A program made the translations under genes and the position numbers. Below the pieces are notes generated by a model. The model was not told the origin of the DNA, made no database searches, and saw nothing but the letters and a program-made list of their open reading frames with translations. From contig CM052817.1 of NCBI GenBank assembly GCA_028534125.1, positions 92,196,001-92,260,000 of the forward strand: DNA of 64,000 nt. Direction: 5' to 3'. Of this stretch, positions 23,851 to 36,290 are shown piece by piece. The DNA is from Lama glama. Lineage: Eukaryota. Position 1 is the first letter of the stretch, and each line of letters begins with the position of its first letter.

Positions 23851-24424
23851 TAGGCAGATCTTGATCTCTGTGGACAATAGACAATGGGATTTTTTTTTAA
23901 ACAATGATTTATTTTGGGGGTGGGGATAAGGAGGAAGGAGGGAGGGAGGAAGCAGCAGTGTGTTTGTCATCGCTTTAGAAAAAATCTCTGTTCTATCATT
24001 GTTTCTGCATATCCATTATATTGAGGACAAAAGAATCCCGTTCTGGAACAACAAAGCCAAGGGAAATGTTTTCTGTGGCTGACATTTAATTGTGTGCACA
24101 AGGTGCTACATTATGATGGGGACAGATTGTCAAAAGGATAGGGCACAGCTTCGGTTCAAAAGCCTGACTTTTCTTCTTTAAGATGTGAGCTTTCTTACAT
24201 GAGTCCCATTTTATATTGCCTCATATATCTCCCCCCCACCCCCGCCTCCCATGTTATGCAGTACACACAATTCTGTTTCTATATAGTTTTCCAACCCATC
24301 ACAAGGCTTCCTTGTGGATTACTTTCAAACCTCCTCCAAGGTCTATTCCTTTACAGCTAACAGGGATAATTGTGCTTCGTTTCACAACCTCCCTACACAT
24401 TCCTTACCAAAAGAATCCTCATTT

Positions 24425-24570
24425 TTAGGAGCCCTTAGGAACCTTGGAGAACACTTAGTCCAACCCCCTGGTTTTACACATGAAAGAGGTAGAATGCCTT
24501 GTCTAAAGTCACACACAATTAGAGATGGAGCCAGGACCAGAACTCTTGGATCCCAAGCCCTGGTTTCTGT
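24425..24570 (-). mobile_element. MIR3/MIRc SINE
   Basis: TAGTCCAACCCCC..TTTTACA..TTGTCTAAAGTCACACA..GGAGCCAGGACCAGAAC. Confidence 0.6.
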
Positions 24571-24935
24571 TATGACCTGCCGTTTGATGTCCTGATGCCC
24601 AACACCCCCTGACTTGCTCACCCTCATGGTCTCCTTTCTGGCCTCAGAAACCCACACAGTGAGCTGTGTGCACAAAGATGGGTGATAATTCAGGGTAGGG
24701 GTGGGGTGGGTAGAAGTATAACTTCCTTGCTTGGTGGTAACCCTTTCATTCCCTTTTCACCCCTTCCCCTCTGTACAGCTAAGCTGGGGAGGAGGGTATG
24801 GAAATCATCTTCATTCATTTATTTTGTTATTTTGCTGTGATAAGTTAATATGTAAAAACCTATGCAATTATCCACAATTCTCCAGAAAGTGATTTTCCTG
24901 GGATGTAGGACCTGAACATCCCTCCCGCATCCCAC

Positions 24936-24936
<1 letters not shown>

Positions 24937-24985
<49 letters not shown>
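24937..24985. repeat. (AC)24 microsatellite
   Basis: Perfect dinucleotide run counted from the sequence. Confidence 0.97.
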
Positions 24986-24986
<1 letters not shown>

Positions 24987-25791
24987 CTAATCTGGCTGCT
25001 GGGAACACAGAAAGCATGTCTTCCATCTTAGGAAATCGTTCTCCATGGTCTCTTGACAAAGGTAGTTTGCCCTCAGGAACCTGAACAAGATTTCCTTCTA
25101 AGGTTCATGAAAAATCCTTGGGGAGATGCAGATAGCTGATCATATTGTGGAACAGAAACATTTTTCTTCTACCACCTTCCAAAACATGCTATAACAGACG
25201 GCGCTCCCCTTTAAACTCTTAACTGTGTCACAGTAACCGAGACAGTAGATTTTCAAGTCGTAGATGAGAAGCTCAGTAAAGATCTTCGCACATCCAAAAG
25301 AAGTCAACCCGTCATAGAAGTCTGCTTATTTTAAAGGCTGTTCGGTCTGTTTAAAGCAAATCAACCAATCTCACAGTCTGCAGACAAGGAGACAACAAGC
25401 TGAAGAGGTTTCAAAACAAAAGACCAGAACATTCCCTAACTCTCTTTAAACTGTCTTCTAAAAGCACAGAGAAGAAGAAAACACACTTGGATCGCAAGAA
25501 ATTCCTAAAGCTTTCTGCAGAGTTTGGCACTGTAAGAGCTTTGGTTTGTACAGGCATCATGTGATATGTTAACAGAGACTTAGATCTCTAACTCTCCTAG
25601 TTCTCATTTGTTCCTTTTTATTCCTACCCAGTAGTGATTCATCCTGGCTCTACAAAAAGATCCCCAGTTCAATGGTATTTTAATATGACAACCACACACC
25701 TACAAATACCTTGTCTCAAGGATTTTGTGAGAATCAAGTGTGATAAAATGAGATGATGTAGGTGAAAGTGCTTTTAAAAGCCTAAATTATT

Positions 25792-26524
25792 GGTGCAGCC
25801 ATTATGGAAAACAGTATGGAGATTCCTTAAAAAAACAGAAAATAGACTTACCCTATGATCTAGCAATCCCACTCCTGGGCATATATGCTGAGGAAACTAA
25901 TTTGAAAAGATACATGCACCCCAATGTTCACAGCAGCACTGTTTACAATAGCCAAGACATGGAAGCAACCTAATTTTCCACTGGGATAGCCAGATGACTG
26001 CATAAAGAAGATGTGATACACACAAACACACACACACACACACACACACAATGAAATACTACTCAGCCATAAAAAAGAATGAAGCAATGCCATTTGCAGC
26101 AACATGGATGGATCTGGAGATTGTCATACTAACTGGAAGTGAAGTAAGCCAGGAAGAGAGAAAAATATCATATGGTATCACTTATATGTGGAATCTTTAA
26201 AAAATGACACAAATGAACTTATCTACAAAACAGAAACAGACTCACAGATATAAAAAAATAAACTTATGGTTACCAGTGGGAAAGGGGAAGGGGGAGGGAT
26301 AAATTGAAAGTTTAGGATTTGCAGATACAAACTACTATGTATAAAATAGATAAACAACAAGATCCTACTGTATAGCACAGGGAATTATATTCATATTCAA
26401 TATCAAATATGTTGTAATAGCCTATAATTAAAAAATATGAAAAGAAATATATATGTATAAATAAATCACTATGCTGTACACCAGAAATTAACCCAACATT
26501 ATAAAATGACTATACTTCAATTAA
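25792..26524 (+). mobile_element. L1 3' end (ORF2 C-terminal remnant + 3'UTR) inserted in a MIR3 tail
   Basis: GGTGCAGCCATTATGGAAAACAGTATGGAG..GATCTAGCAATCCCACTCCTGGGCATATAT..poly(A); TSD AAAAGCCTAAATTATT (25776-25791)/AAAAGCCTGAAGTATT (26525-26540) at a TT|AAAA site; internal (CA)n ~26017-26051. Confidence 0.95.
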
Positions 26525-28609
26525 AAAAGCCTGAAGTATTCTTCAGATGTGAAGAATTATTCCCATGTATTTGAAGTTTTGAAAGTACTGAAATCATTTA
26601 TTTGTAGCTGTTCCATAACTCTTCTGTAAGGTTGTGATTCAGCCCATTTTTCTGATAGGAACTTGAGGCTACATGTCGGGGTCACGTTTAATGTAAATTT
26701 TAGAATATCCAAATCGCATCTTTAATAATACCCCAATAACATGTTGGAATAGGGTAAATGCTAGAGCCCTGGTGACTCACTGCTTCCCCCATGTCCTTAT
26801 TTGGTAGTATGTAAATAGAAATGATCATTTTCAGATTTAGGTTTTCTCAAATCATGGCGCCAGCTGCTATTTTTGCTTTTGCTTTAGTCACCATTCTCTG
26901 TAGTAGAAAGTGTATTTAGAGTTGTAAAAACAGTTTTTTAAATTTGCAGCCTAAATTTAAATACAGAATACAGCAACTAAAGTACTCTCTTGGTCAGGTA
27001 TAGGAGTCACCATAATTCAATCCAGGACCCGACGTATATGGCCCTCATTTCTATAGGTGTAAGGACTCCCCATCACTAAGTTCACCAGTACATATGTCAC
27101 AAGACTATACTTACATAGCACCTATTCCCATAGCATCTCTCTTCAGGACACCCTAAGTGATGTGCAGATGTTCTATAAGTATTTCCCTTAATATCTGTAT
27201 TGGAGCGATATGGATCCATTGGGCTGATACTCAATTTATGGAAAGTGAAACCTAACTGTCAGCTGGCTTCTGTATTACAGGCCCGTGAGGTACAGAGCCC
27301 CGTCCTGGCTCCGCAGGAAGCCATGACTGATGCTACCAATGGACAAATAAATCTCGGCCCCCCAATTTCCCCAACAGTTGTTGTCCTATCCTACTAAAAG
27401 TTTCTCCAGAGGTCAATGCCCAAATTTACCTCCTGCCTGTGAGGCTGGCTGCTGGGTCAGGGGAGTTTGGGACCCATGAGTTAATTTAACCCCACGCCTC
27501 TACACAGCCTGCATCCCAGACCTGAGCCGTGACTGACGTCCTTTGATCAGAGCCTCAGATGTGCATGTTGATGATGTCCTTTCCAGGATGACCAGCCCAG
27601 ACTGGCCAGCTGCAAGAACCATTCCAAAGTGGCCTCAGTTACACCACATTCTGCTGTCTATTTCCTTTCTCTTTTACAAAACTTCCTGTGGTTCCTTGGG
27701 GCCAAGTTGGTGGCTCTAACTTCTGGGAAGCGTCTGTTTATGGGGCAGGTAGATGAGTGTCACCTGGTTCTCTTTGTATGTCCTTGACTGCCCTGCTCTC
27801 TCATGTTCCTGATTTTTGAAGTGGATTTGAATCTGACACCTAAACCTGATGAAACTCAGGGCAGGGTATTACCACTGAAGCTGCGCTAAGTGCAGGGGGC
27901 TGGACCAGGAGATAAAGAGGATGCTGGCAGGCATGGTGCCTTAAGCAACTGGGTGGGCTCTCTACGCCCAAAGTCACCTGCCCTACATGCCCCTCAGACC
28001 AGGACTAGGTCAGGGGGGCCTTCTTAGAGGTGGGGCTGGCCATGATTCATGTCTCTCCCCTCCAGCTCTACCAGCTGTACAGGGGACTTCTGCCCCCATA
28101 AATTCTTGCAGTGTAGGGAATGCCCAGTGGAAATGCAAAAATAATCATGTCATCCTTCACACGTTTATGGTATTTTGGCAATGTTTCTAATAGCCACTAA
28201 GGGACAAGAGTTTATCTTTCTATCTTACATCTCATAAATCTTTTCCCTTTTTTTCATCACTAGCGTAAATTGTGCTTAGTCCAATAACAAGGTTAAAATT
28301 ATAGTGCTCTTCATCATTACAGAGATGCTCTTGCCTATGATGGGGACGATGGCTATATGGGAAGCTTCGCAAATTTATTTTTTCCCTTTGCCTGCATCAG
28401 GGTGTCATCTGGCAGATAAGGAAAGGTTTTTACTTAGCTGTGCACAGACATTGTTCAAGGCCTCTGGGAGTATAAACATCTATGGGAGAGGTCTGTAGCC
28501 TAGGGAAAGTCAGTTAATCTGTGCCTCTGCTCCCCTCAACCAAGTTTCTTTTTCAGACCAAAACACCAAACAAACAAACAAAAACACCAGAGAGAGTTGA
28601 GATTATCTG

Positions 28610-28810
28610 GCAGTGCTGAGGAACACAGGCTGTGTAAATACAGACAAGTGATTCAACCTCTCTGTGCCTGTCTCCTCATTTGGGGGAAATAATAGGGCTT
28701 CATAAGTTTATTGGGGGGATTTAAGGCAATAGAAAGTGTAAAGGGCTTAGTACAGTGCCTGGAACATAATAAACACTCAGTTAGTGCCTGTCAGCATCAT
28801 CCTCATTACC
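28610..28810 (+). mobile_element. MIR SINE
   Basis: ACAAGTGATTCAACCTCTCTGTGCCT..AAAGGGCTTAGTACAGTGCCTGGAACATAATAAACACTCA. Confidence 0.8.
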
Positions 28811-29834
28811 AACCATTTCAATCCTCCTGTTTCTACGTGACAGCCTTCTGCCCCAGCAGGATCCTAGAGCTGCCGGAAGAATCCATGCACCACTGTCCTC
28901 TGTGCCTCTAGGTGTATCAGCCTCTGCTCCTTGGGCAGGGGCATTCCCAGGCACAAGTGCTGACAAAGCTGGTGAAATCCCAAATCCATGTGGGGATGGG
29001 GTCCTTGGACGGTCCTGCCTCTTCTTCCTCTTGCCAACTGCCACTGCCCCTCACGCAGGTGGTCACACGGCTCTGGCTCAGCCTGCCAGACCCATGCCAC
29101 AGAGGGGGCTCTGACCCAGGCAGTCTGCAGGAGATGTTTTTTTCCCACCTCTGCTGAGCATTCTGCCAGCTCCATAGATTCTTTCCTTCTGCCCACACAG
29201 CTCCAGAAATCCCAGATGTGGAAATTACCCCCATTTTCTGGCTGTGATGTTTATTAACAAGTTCTTGCCAGCTTTTACTCATATCTGAACTGAGGTTTCA
29301 TCTTGTCCCTTTTTCCGGAAGTGCATCCTCACTGACCACTTTCTGCCCCATTCTCTTATGCTCCTTCTTGAGGCCATTTTCCATTTCCAAATCTCTGAGA
29401 GACTTCTTCTTCCTCATCTCTATCAGACATCTAGTTTTTGACTGAGGGTTAGGATAAGACACAATCTGTATAATTACACTGTCCTTACCTGAGGTATTGG
29501 CTCTTTTCTCCGGAATAGAAGGCCAGTGCCATGCAAACCTGTCTCTCATTTGATCTCATTACTTCAAGTTCCTTATTTTCAGACTTGGTCAGACACTCAT
29601 TCATTGTAGAAGCAGAACTCATTTAGATGATGTGGGAGTTGGAGCACAGCCTTCCCTCAAGGACTTCTGCTTTCTCTTCTTCTTCTGAGCTATTCAGTAA
29701 ACCCCAAGAATAGATTGCATTTTCCTCTCTTAGGAAACAAGTCCAATGTGGAAGCTAGAGTTCAGGTTCAGTTTTTTGAAATGATGGCACGTCCTATGTG
29801 CTGACCATTTCCTCCTAATCATAATTCTCCTATC

Positions 29835-29896
29835 CACCAATCTGTCTATGCATCCATCTATCCGTCCATCCATCTACCCATTCATCCATCCATCTG
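29835..29896. repeat. Degenerate (CCAT)n tetranucleotide repeat
   Basis: CATCCATCTATCCGTCCATCCATCTACCCATTCATCCATCCATC. Confidence 0.85.
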
Positions 29897-30289
29897 TCAT
29901 TTTCTATGGTTTTTTGCTAATTACTTCCTTACATCTGACCCAGCGTACCTTCACTGAAGGGCAGCTATGCCCATATATGACTGATCACTGATACAATAGC
30001 CTGGTTTTTGCCAGACTCTCGGTTTGCTCTCAACAAGTGTAAAGGGACACCTCTTGGTAATAGCTCACATTAGAATGCAATAGAGAAATGCCTGGAGATG
30101 CACACAGACAGGGTGTGACTGTAGCTGACATAAGTCTGTGGAAAAATGCACTGGCAAGGCTCAGACACAGAGGAAACATCTTTGTCTACAAAAGGTTAAC
30201 CAGTGATCATACTTAGACAATGAAAAAGTTTGCCCATTTTGATTCCTTTCATTTATGTGGCCCCATCTTCCATTGGTCACTGAGTTCTC

Positions 30290-31000
30290 TCATCCTCCCT
30301 TACTTCACAATATCTCTCCAGATCACTTCTTTTTCCATTCCTGCCATACTCCCATCTTGGTTAAAGCTGCCTCACCCGATGTTTGGTCCACCAGTTAGAA
30401 CACTGGTCTATCTACATCACATCTTTTCTCTTCACATCATCCTAAAACTGCCATCAGATTAATCTTGCAAATTAATACTTTCTCCAAACTGTTTGACCCC
30501 TGCATCCTCCAATTTCCTCACAATTCCCTTGGCATGGCATTAGGAACCCCCACACACCACCCCCAACAAAGCCAGTCTCCAACTTACTCATCTATTTCCC
30601 ACCTTTGTTAAACCTCCACCCCATCAAATGGTGTTACCCCTTCTCGTTTAAAATGTGCTCATGCCATCTAAGTCCTGGCAACACCCTTCCCTTTTCCTTC
30701 CTGCCTTTTCAAATCTTCCCCCATTTGTAGAGACCAGGCTCAAATGCATTGCCACCTTGAAACGACTGCTTTCCTTAGAACCTCCTGAGGTATTATGAGT
30801 TACGTGATTTATTTCACAGATTCAACAGACACTGTCTCGCATGTCTAGTGTTTTGAGTTGCTCCCTAACTTTCATATGCTTACCTCTTCTCTCATGCCCT
30901 GATGAGTTCCTTACAGAAGATTGATTCATATTCCAAGTTTCTTCCAAAGTATCTTGCCTGGACCTTGCACTAAGCAGTCATTGAAGAAGATTGGGTTGAA
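30290..31000 (+). mobile_element. L2 LINE fragment (old, degenerate)
   Basis: Pyrimidine-rich L2-like body (CTGCCATCAGATTAATCTT, CCTTGGCATGGCATT, CAGGCTCAAATG) ending in a GTTGAAT tail. Confidence 0.55.
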
Positions 31001-31369
31001 TTAACAGAAGAAAATGCAGCTGAAAAATGAAAACAAACCGGTCAAGCCATTTTCATCACTGACACAGAAATGACAGATCCACAGTTTTGTTCCTGTGCAT
31101 GTTAAATTTGGGGGGCTGATAGAGAATGTGTTTTTCATAGTATCACATATCCAGGAAGACTCTTGTGCGGCCACTTTGTCCATTTCCTGGCTCTAAGCCA
31201 TCTAGGGCCAAAAGAGATCTATCACTTGCTTAAAGAACCCAGAGATAGAATTCCTTGGCTCTTTTGGATAATTGTGTTTCAGAGTTGCATCAACTCTCCC
31301 CATGACCCCGTGACAGCTCTCTCACTGGTCACTCTAGGTCAATGTCCTGAAATTTTAGTTTACTTTGGC

Positions 31370-31575
31370 AACTCCTACAGTGCGTGTTTAAAATGTACAT
31401 TCCCAAAGAATGACATTCAGTCATTCTGGGATGGGGGCACATGAATCTGAAATACATATTATTTATATATACTATATGTAAATATAATTATTTATATATA
31501 AATAATATACATGTATATGTACTATATCACAGGTAATTCCAATACAGGTGGTCTGGAAAACATACTGTGAGAGGA
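31370..31575. mobile_element. MER5-family MITE with internal AT-rich stretch
   Basis: TTAAAATGTACATTCC..ATTCAGT..CTGGGATGGGG..GAATCTG..CAGGTAATTCCAATACAGGTGGTC..ACTGTGAGA. Confidence 0.6.
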
Positions 31576-31754
31576 AAAAAATCTGCTCTGATTTAATATT
31601 TTTAAAAAAGTTTTAGTTCAGGCATATTGATTCTACCACCATTTTTGTGAATATTAACAAACAGCTGATTAATAATTTTCCTTAGTAATTATATGTCCTC
31701 ACATGAGCATTTAAACCTCATCTTTATTAAGCTCTAAGAAACATTTCACCTTCC

Positions 31755-31870
31755 ACGTGTATTTATTGCACACCAATGTGACAGGCATCAGAGTTATAAA
31801 GATGAATAAATAATAAGGTAGATAGATCCTCATTCTCAGGGAGCTCATAGTAGAGTGGGGAAAATGAATA
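31755..31870 (-). mobile_element. L2 3' end
   Basis: ATTTATTG..ATGTGACAGGCA..AAAGATGAATAA..CTCAGGGAGCTCATAGT. Confidence 0.65.
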
Positions 31871-32294
31871 TCTATGATGATGACAGTGCTGACCTGTCAC
31901 CTGTCACTGGTTTGTTGACATTATGTTCGTTTGTGGCAGTCCAGCAGGGGCAGGGACTTGGGGTCCATGGCCCACAACACTAGGTAGAAAGTGGGTATAA
32001 CATGTCCCCTTGCTCTGGCTTCTGACTTTGTGACTTCAGAGATTATGAGAAGAAAATGCCATCACCCCACCACTCCAACAGCTTTGCAAAAGAGATGAGC
32101 ATTAGTCAGTCAATCCTGCCTTACTGAACATTTGGAATGACTAGTATCGGGTAAGCATGTCTAGAAGAACGTCCTCCCTTCCCCCTGCCCTAGACTTTGC
32201 CATAACAGTGTCATCGTCCTTCCGTGTTTGTCTAGGTTCCTTTGATTTCACTGCCACCAACTATAAAGGCTGAATACCCTCTCCACTTGTGAAA

Positions 32295-32720
32295 TAAACA
32301 TTGAGTGAGTACCCCATGTGCAAGGCACTTATTAAATGATGGGATGAATATAAAGATGAATCAGGTTCAGATCCTACTCTTAAGGAGTGACATCCAGTAC
32401 AGAGATACATCATGTACAGGAATAACTTGTCACAAAGTCAAATATGTCACATAGTAAACATACTATGGGGTTACTTCCAGCCAGAACTGGGACCAAGGGG
32501 GCTGGAAGCATGGGAGGGGTGAGGAGTGAGAAGGTTGTGTCTAGGGGAGACAAGTTCAAGTGTGGATGTGTCGAATTGAGGATGTTAAGGGACATCCTGG
32601 TGAAGACGGCCAGTAAGTAGTTAGTAAGTGTGTGACCAGAGCTTGGAGAGTAGTAAAGACAAGAGACAGTAGTGGCCTATGAAGTTACGAGACTAGGTTT
32701 TATTGTCAAAGGAGTCTAGC
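32295..32720 (-). mobile_element. L2 fragment
   Basis: ATGTGCAAGGCACT..ATAAAGATGAAT..GGATGTGTCGAATTGAGGATG..GGGACATCC. Confidence 0.6.
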
Positions 32721-33540
32721 CGACAGGAAAAGGGAAACTGAAACATGAGAGATGACTCAGACATACCAGATTTTCTTACTTGGCAGCACTGTAATTACTG
32801 AGAGATGGAACTTAAAGACGAATTAAAATATTTTATTTACTAATATAACTAACAAAATGTATTTTATTTTTTCCCTTTGCTTTTCTTGGATGACGAGCTT
32901 AAAATATCCCCATGTAGCCTGACCAATATCTCTGCTAGATTGTGACAGAGAGAGGCTTTCTAGTATCCACTGAATCCCTCTGTGTTTGTTTCATTCAGGA
33001 GGAAATAGAAGAGGGGAGAAACAGAAGAAAAAGAAGATGAGAAAGGGAACAGGGTCGCTTTCTCGTGGTGCCTCTATTTGTCAATACTGAGGAAAACATG
33101 TCTTCTGACTGTGACTTGATTGGAATGATATGCTGTTTAGCAGGCTGGGTTTACTGTTAGGGTCTCAGATGGCTCCATGTTGAAGACCCCCTTCTCTTTG
33201 GCCATAATCTCCGAAACTGCCCCTTAGTCCTCACGTGCTTTGCTTTCTCTCTTTTCTTGTCTTTTTATATCTTTCTCTCTCTTCATTTCTGATCGAGTTT
33301 TTTGGGCTCAATGAGCTGCTTGCATAGGAGCAGAGAAAGTGGGGAAGAAGAAATAGCTGTAAGAGAATAACATCAAATGTTGATTAAAAAATTCCCTTAG
33401 AGTAACTGTTTGAGGCACAGGCAAATGAAAGTCATGTGTGTAATCCTGTTCCAATGCATTTGTGTCCCTGGAAAAGATGACATACAGATGGATGCTTTCC
33501 TTGGAGGAAGTCCTATTGGAGATCCTTGCCAAAGTAACTA

Positions 33541-33911
33541 CAGTTAATTGAAACTTGAATGTAGGGGTTAGGGGCAATGATGCCTGCACCATAGAAGAAT
33601 CCCAGTATAACATCTGACTCCCTCCAAACGTAACTACTAATAGCCCGTTGACTGGTAGTCTTACTGATAACATAAACTGTCAAGTAACACATATTTTGTA
33701 TGTTATATGCATTATACACTACATTTTTACAAAAGTAAGCTAAAGAAAGAAATGTGATTAAGAAAATCATAGGAAGAGAAAATACATTAAGAAAATCATA
33801 GGAAGAGAAAATATATTTACATATGCATATATAGTGAGAGAGAGAGAAGAGAGAAATCCACGTATAGATGGACTTGCACAGTTCAAGCCTGTGTTGTTCA
33901 AGGGTCAACTG
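33541..33911. mobile_element. Tigger2a-like (TcMar-Tigger) non-autonomous DNA transposon
   Basis: Termini CAGTT../..GTTGTTCAAGGGTCAACTG with TA on both flanks; internal AACTACTAATAGCC..ACACATATTTTGTATGTTATATG..TTAAGAAAATCATA. Confidence 0.9.
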
Positions 33912-34654
33912 TAGTAGATTTTCAAAGACCTAGTGACTTATTATTATTTACTTGACATCAAGTTCCCTGGAGGAAAATGAGATCTTGTCTTCTGCAACTT
34001 AATTTTGGACCATCAGTGTTGGAGAGCCTACAACCCACCTGCCAGGAGGCCAGCGAGAATGTACTAATGCCCTCTGTGTTCCAGAGCTGCTCTCAGAGAC
34101 ACTTGCTGAGCCGCCTGGGGTGGGGGCGTTGAGCTAATTGCCTGCCCCACTGGGGAAGTGGCCCTTGTTTGAGCGTCCCGGGGAGTAAAAGCAGGTTATG
34201 CTCTCTATACCTTATACATCTAACAGCAAATGGAAGAGCTCCGTGAAGTGAGGAGAGGTGAGGAGAAAATTAACGAGGCTCAAATGGGATCACTGGAAAA
34301 GCAGAGGGAAGGCAGTAAATTATGCCTCTTTTACTTGGGTTAGTTATCATATGGCAAGAGTGGATGAAATAGGTCAGCGACCCAGGGCTGAAAAGCAAGA
34401 TCAGAAGGGACCCAGGGGGTGAGCTAAGGACTGAGGGACTTCCCAGGGCCAGCCGAGATGGTGCTTCCAGAGGGTCACGCTTAGAAAGAGAAACAGGGCA
34501 GAGTAAGTACACAGTTTTCTGTGATTATCTGGAGAGCTTTCTCATGTTATCAGAGCCTAGACGTATCAGTAGGGAATAGGTTGAGGGAAAATAAGTCTTA
34601 TAAATGGAGACGCAAATGAAGAAAGGAAGTGGTAATGCTTCCTATGGGTTCTGG

Positions 34655-35575
34655 ACTGTTTATGTGTAACTGCCACTCTGACCATCTCGCTGTTCTGTGA
34701 CCTTGGGAGGTTACTTAGACTCTTTATGTCTCAGTTTCCTCACAACTGATAAGGAAACAGTAATTGTACTAATAATTAAATATATAAAATAATAAATGCT
34801 TGAAAGGGAGTGGAGAAAGAAGAATCCACCTACACTGTTTGTGGGAATGTAAATTGGTGCAGCCACTATGGAGAACAATATGGAGGTTCCTTAAAAAACT
34901 AAAAATAGAGTTACAATATAATCCATCAATTCCAGTCCTGGGTATATATCCAGAGAAAATGCTAATTCAAAAAGATACATGCACCCCAATGTTGATAGCA
35001 GCACTATTTACAATAGCTAAGACATGGATGTAACCTAAATGTCTGTCAACAGATGAATGGATAAAGATGTGGTATGTGTACACAATGGAATACTACTCAG
35101 CCATAAAAAAGAATGAAATAATGCCATTTATGGCAACATGGATGGCCCTAGAGATTATCATACTAAGTGCAGTAAGTCAAAGAAAGACAAATGTCGTATG
35201 ATATCATTCATATGTGAAATCTAAAAAAAATCATACAAATGAACTTATTTACAAAACAGAAATAGATTCACAGCCATAGAAAACAAACGTGGTTACCAAA
35301 GGGGAAAGCGGGGCAGGGATAAATTAGGAGTTTGGGGTTAGCAGATACAAACTACTATATATAAAGTAGATAAACAAGGTCCTCCTGGAAATGTGTTCAG
35401 TATCTTGTAACAAACTATAAAGGAAAGGAATCTAAAAAGTATATATATATATATATCACTTTGCTGTACACCAGAAACTAACACAACATTGCAAATGAAC
35501 TATACTTAAAAAAAAAAAAAGCTCTTAGAATTGTTCCTAGAACTTAGAAAACACTCACAAAGTCTAGCTGATTAG
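34655..35575 (+). mobile_element. MIR SINE split by an L1 insertion
   Basis: 5' part TGTGACCTTGGG..GTCTCAGTTTCCTCA (34655-34785); 3' part GCTCTTAGAA..ACACTCA (35521-35575). Confidence 0.7.
34786..35520 (+). mobile_element. L1 3' end with degraded ORF2 C-terminus
   Basis: ORF 34800-35033 ([52 protein letters not shown]) matches the L1 ORF2 C-terminal region, with a premature stop; 3'UTR and poly(A) follow. Confidence 0.95.
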
Positions 35576-35580
35576 CACAT

Positions 35581-36290
35581 CAGAATACATTTTTCAATGC
35601 CCTCAAGGGCATTTTGGAAATTTGGGAAGACTTTTAAAATTGTTACAAAAATAGGGGGTATTACTACCGTTTAGTGGGTGGAAGTCAACAAGATTCTCCT
35701 ATATCCCTCATGCATTTTGAGTGCTCTACAGGATATCTCCATAGGTGAAAAATCTGACTGGTATTACGGGAACTTAAAATCTATTAAAAAAAATTCAACT
35801 GAATATATTTCAAAGATCTTACTGACTTTATTCAATAATTCATGAATCAGGCAGCATCTGATCTAGCAGACAGAAAGGAGCTGGGAGGAGCTATACAGAG
35901 TGAAAGATTTGTACAGGGAGAAGGCAGCATGAACAAGGAAATTATACTAGCAAAGAACGACTGTTTGTGGCAAGGTCATCTTTCTTTAGGGGAAGACAGG
36001 GTCTATCAGGCAGATTACCTCACTAGCGTTAACCAGGTAATTCCAGATTGACTGGTTTAAGATTCCATTCCTAGAAAAGGCTGAAACTGTAATTAAATTA
36101 GATAATAAGTCTTGGTTTAGTGGTGTGGGGCTTAGCACAAGTGACTCTATTTGGGGCCTGTTGCCTTTTTTTTTTTTAACAAACCTAATGCAGTTTTAAA
36201 AGTTTACATGAGTCACTTTTGCATTGCTTTAATATACATTGAATTTTACACAATCATATAAATTAAGATGATTGTACTCTGCTTCAGTTT
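35581..36290. mobile_element. Charlie4a-like hAT element, split by an LTR
   Basis: GGGCATTTTGGAAAT..TTTAGTGGG..TAGGTGAAAAA before the LTR; AACCTAA..TTTAATATACATTGAATTTT..GATTGTACT after it. Confidence 0.6.
35782..36181 (-). mobile_element. ERV1-class solo LTR (subfamily not identified)
   Basis: Termini TATTAAAAA../..TTTTAACA; 4-bp TSD AATC/AACC; AATAAA on the minus strand (~35827-35832); block CAGGCAGATTACCTCACTAG..TTCCAGATTGACTGG. Confidence 0.7.

Noticed and set aside
23257..23970. 237-aa minus-strand ORF and overlapping ORFs in the CpG island
   Set aside because: Pro/Arg/Gly/Ala-rich with no recognisable domain; long ORFs in several frames are expected in GC-rich, stop-poor DNA
8700..24000. 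Gene-name guesses from multi-promoter architecture (e.g. FGF1, PRICKLE2)
   Set aside because: No sequence I could recall matched, so no symbol was assigned
25170..25420. Minus-strand acceptor CTCCTTGTCTGCAG at 25377
   Set aside because: No convincing donor downstream within exon distance
34800..35033. ORF with real protein similarity (L1 ORF2 C-terminus)
   Set aside because: Truncated retrotransposon remnant with a premature stop; not a gene
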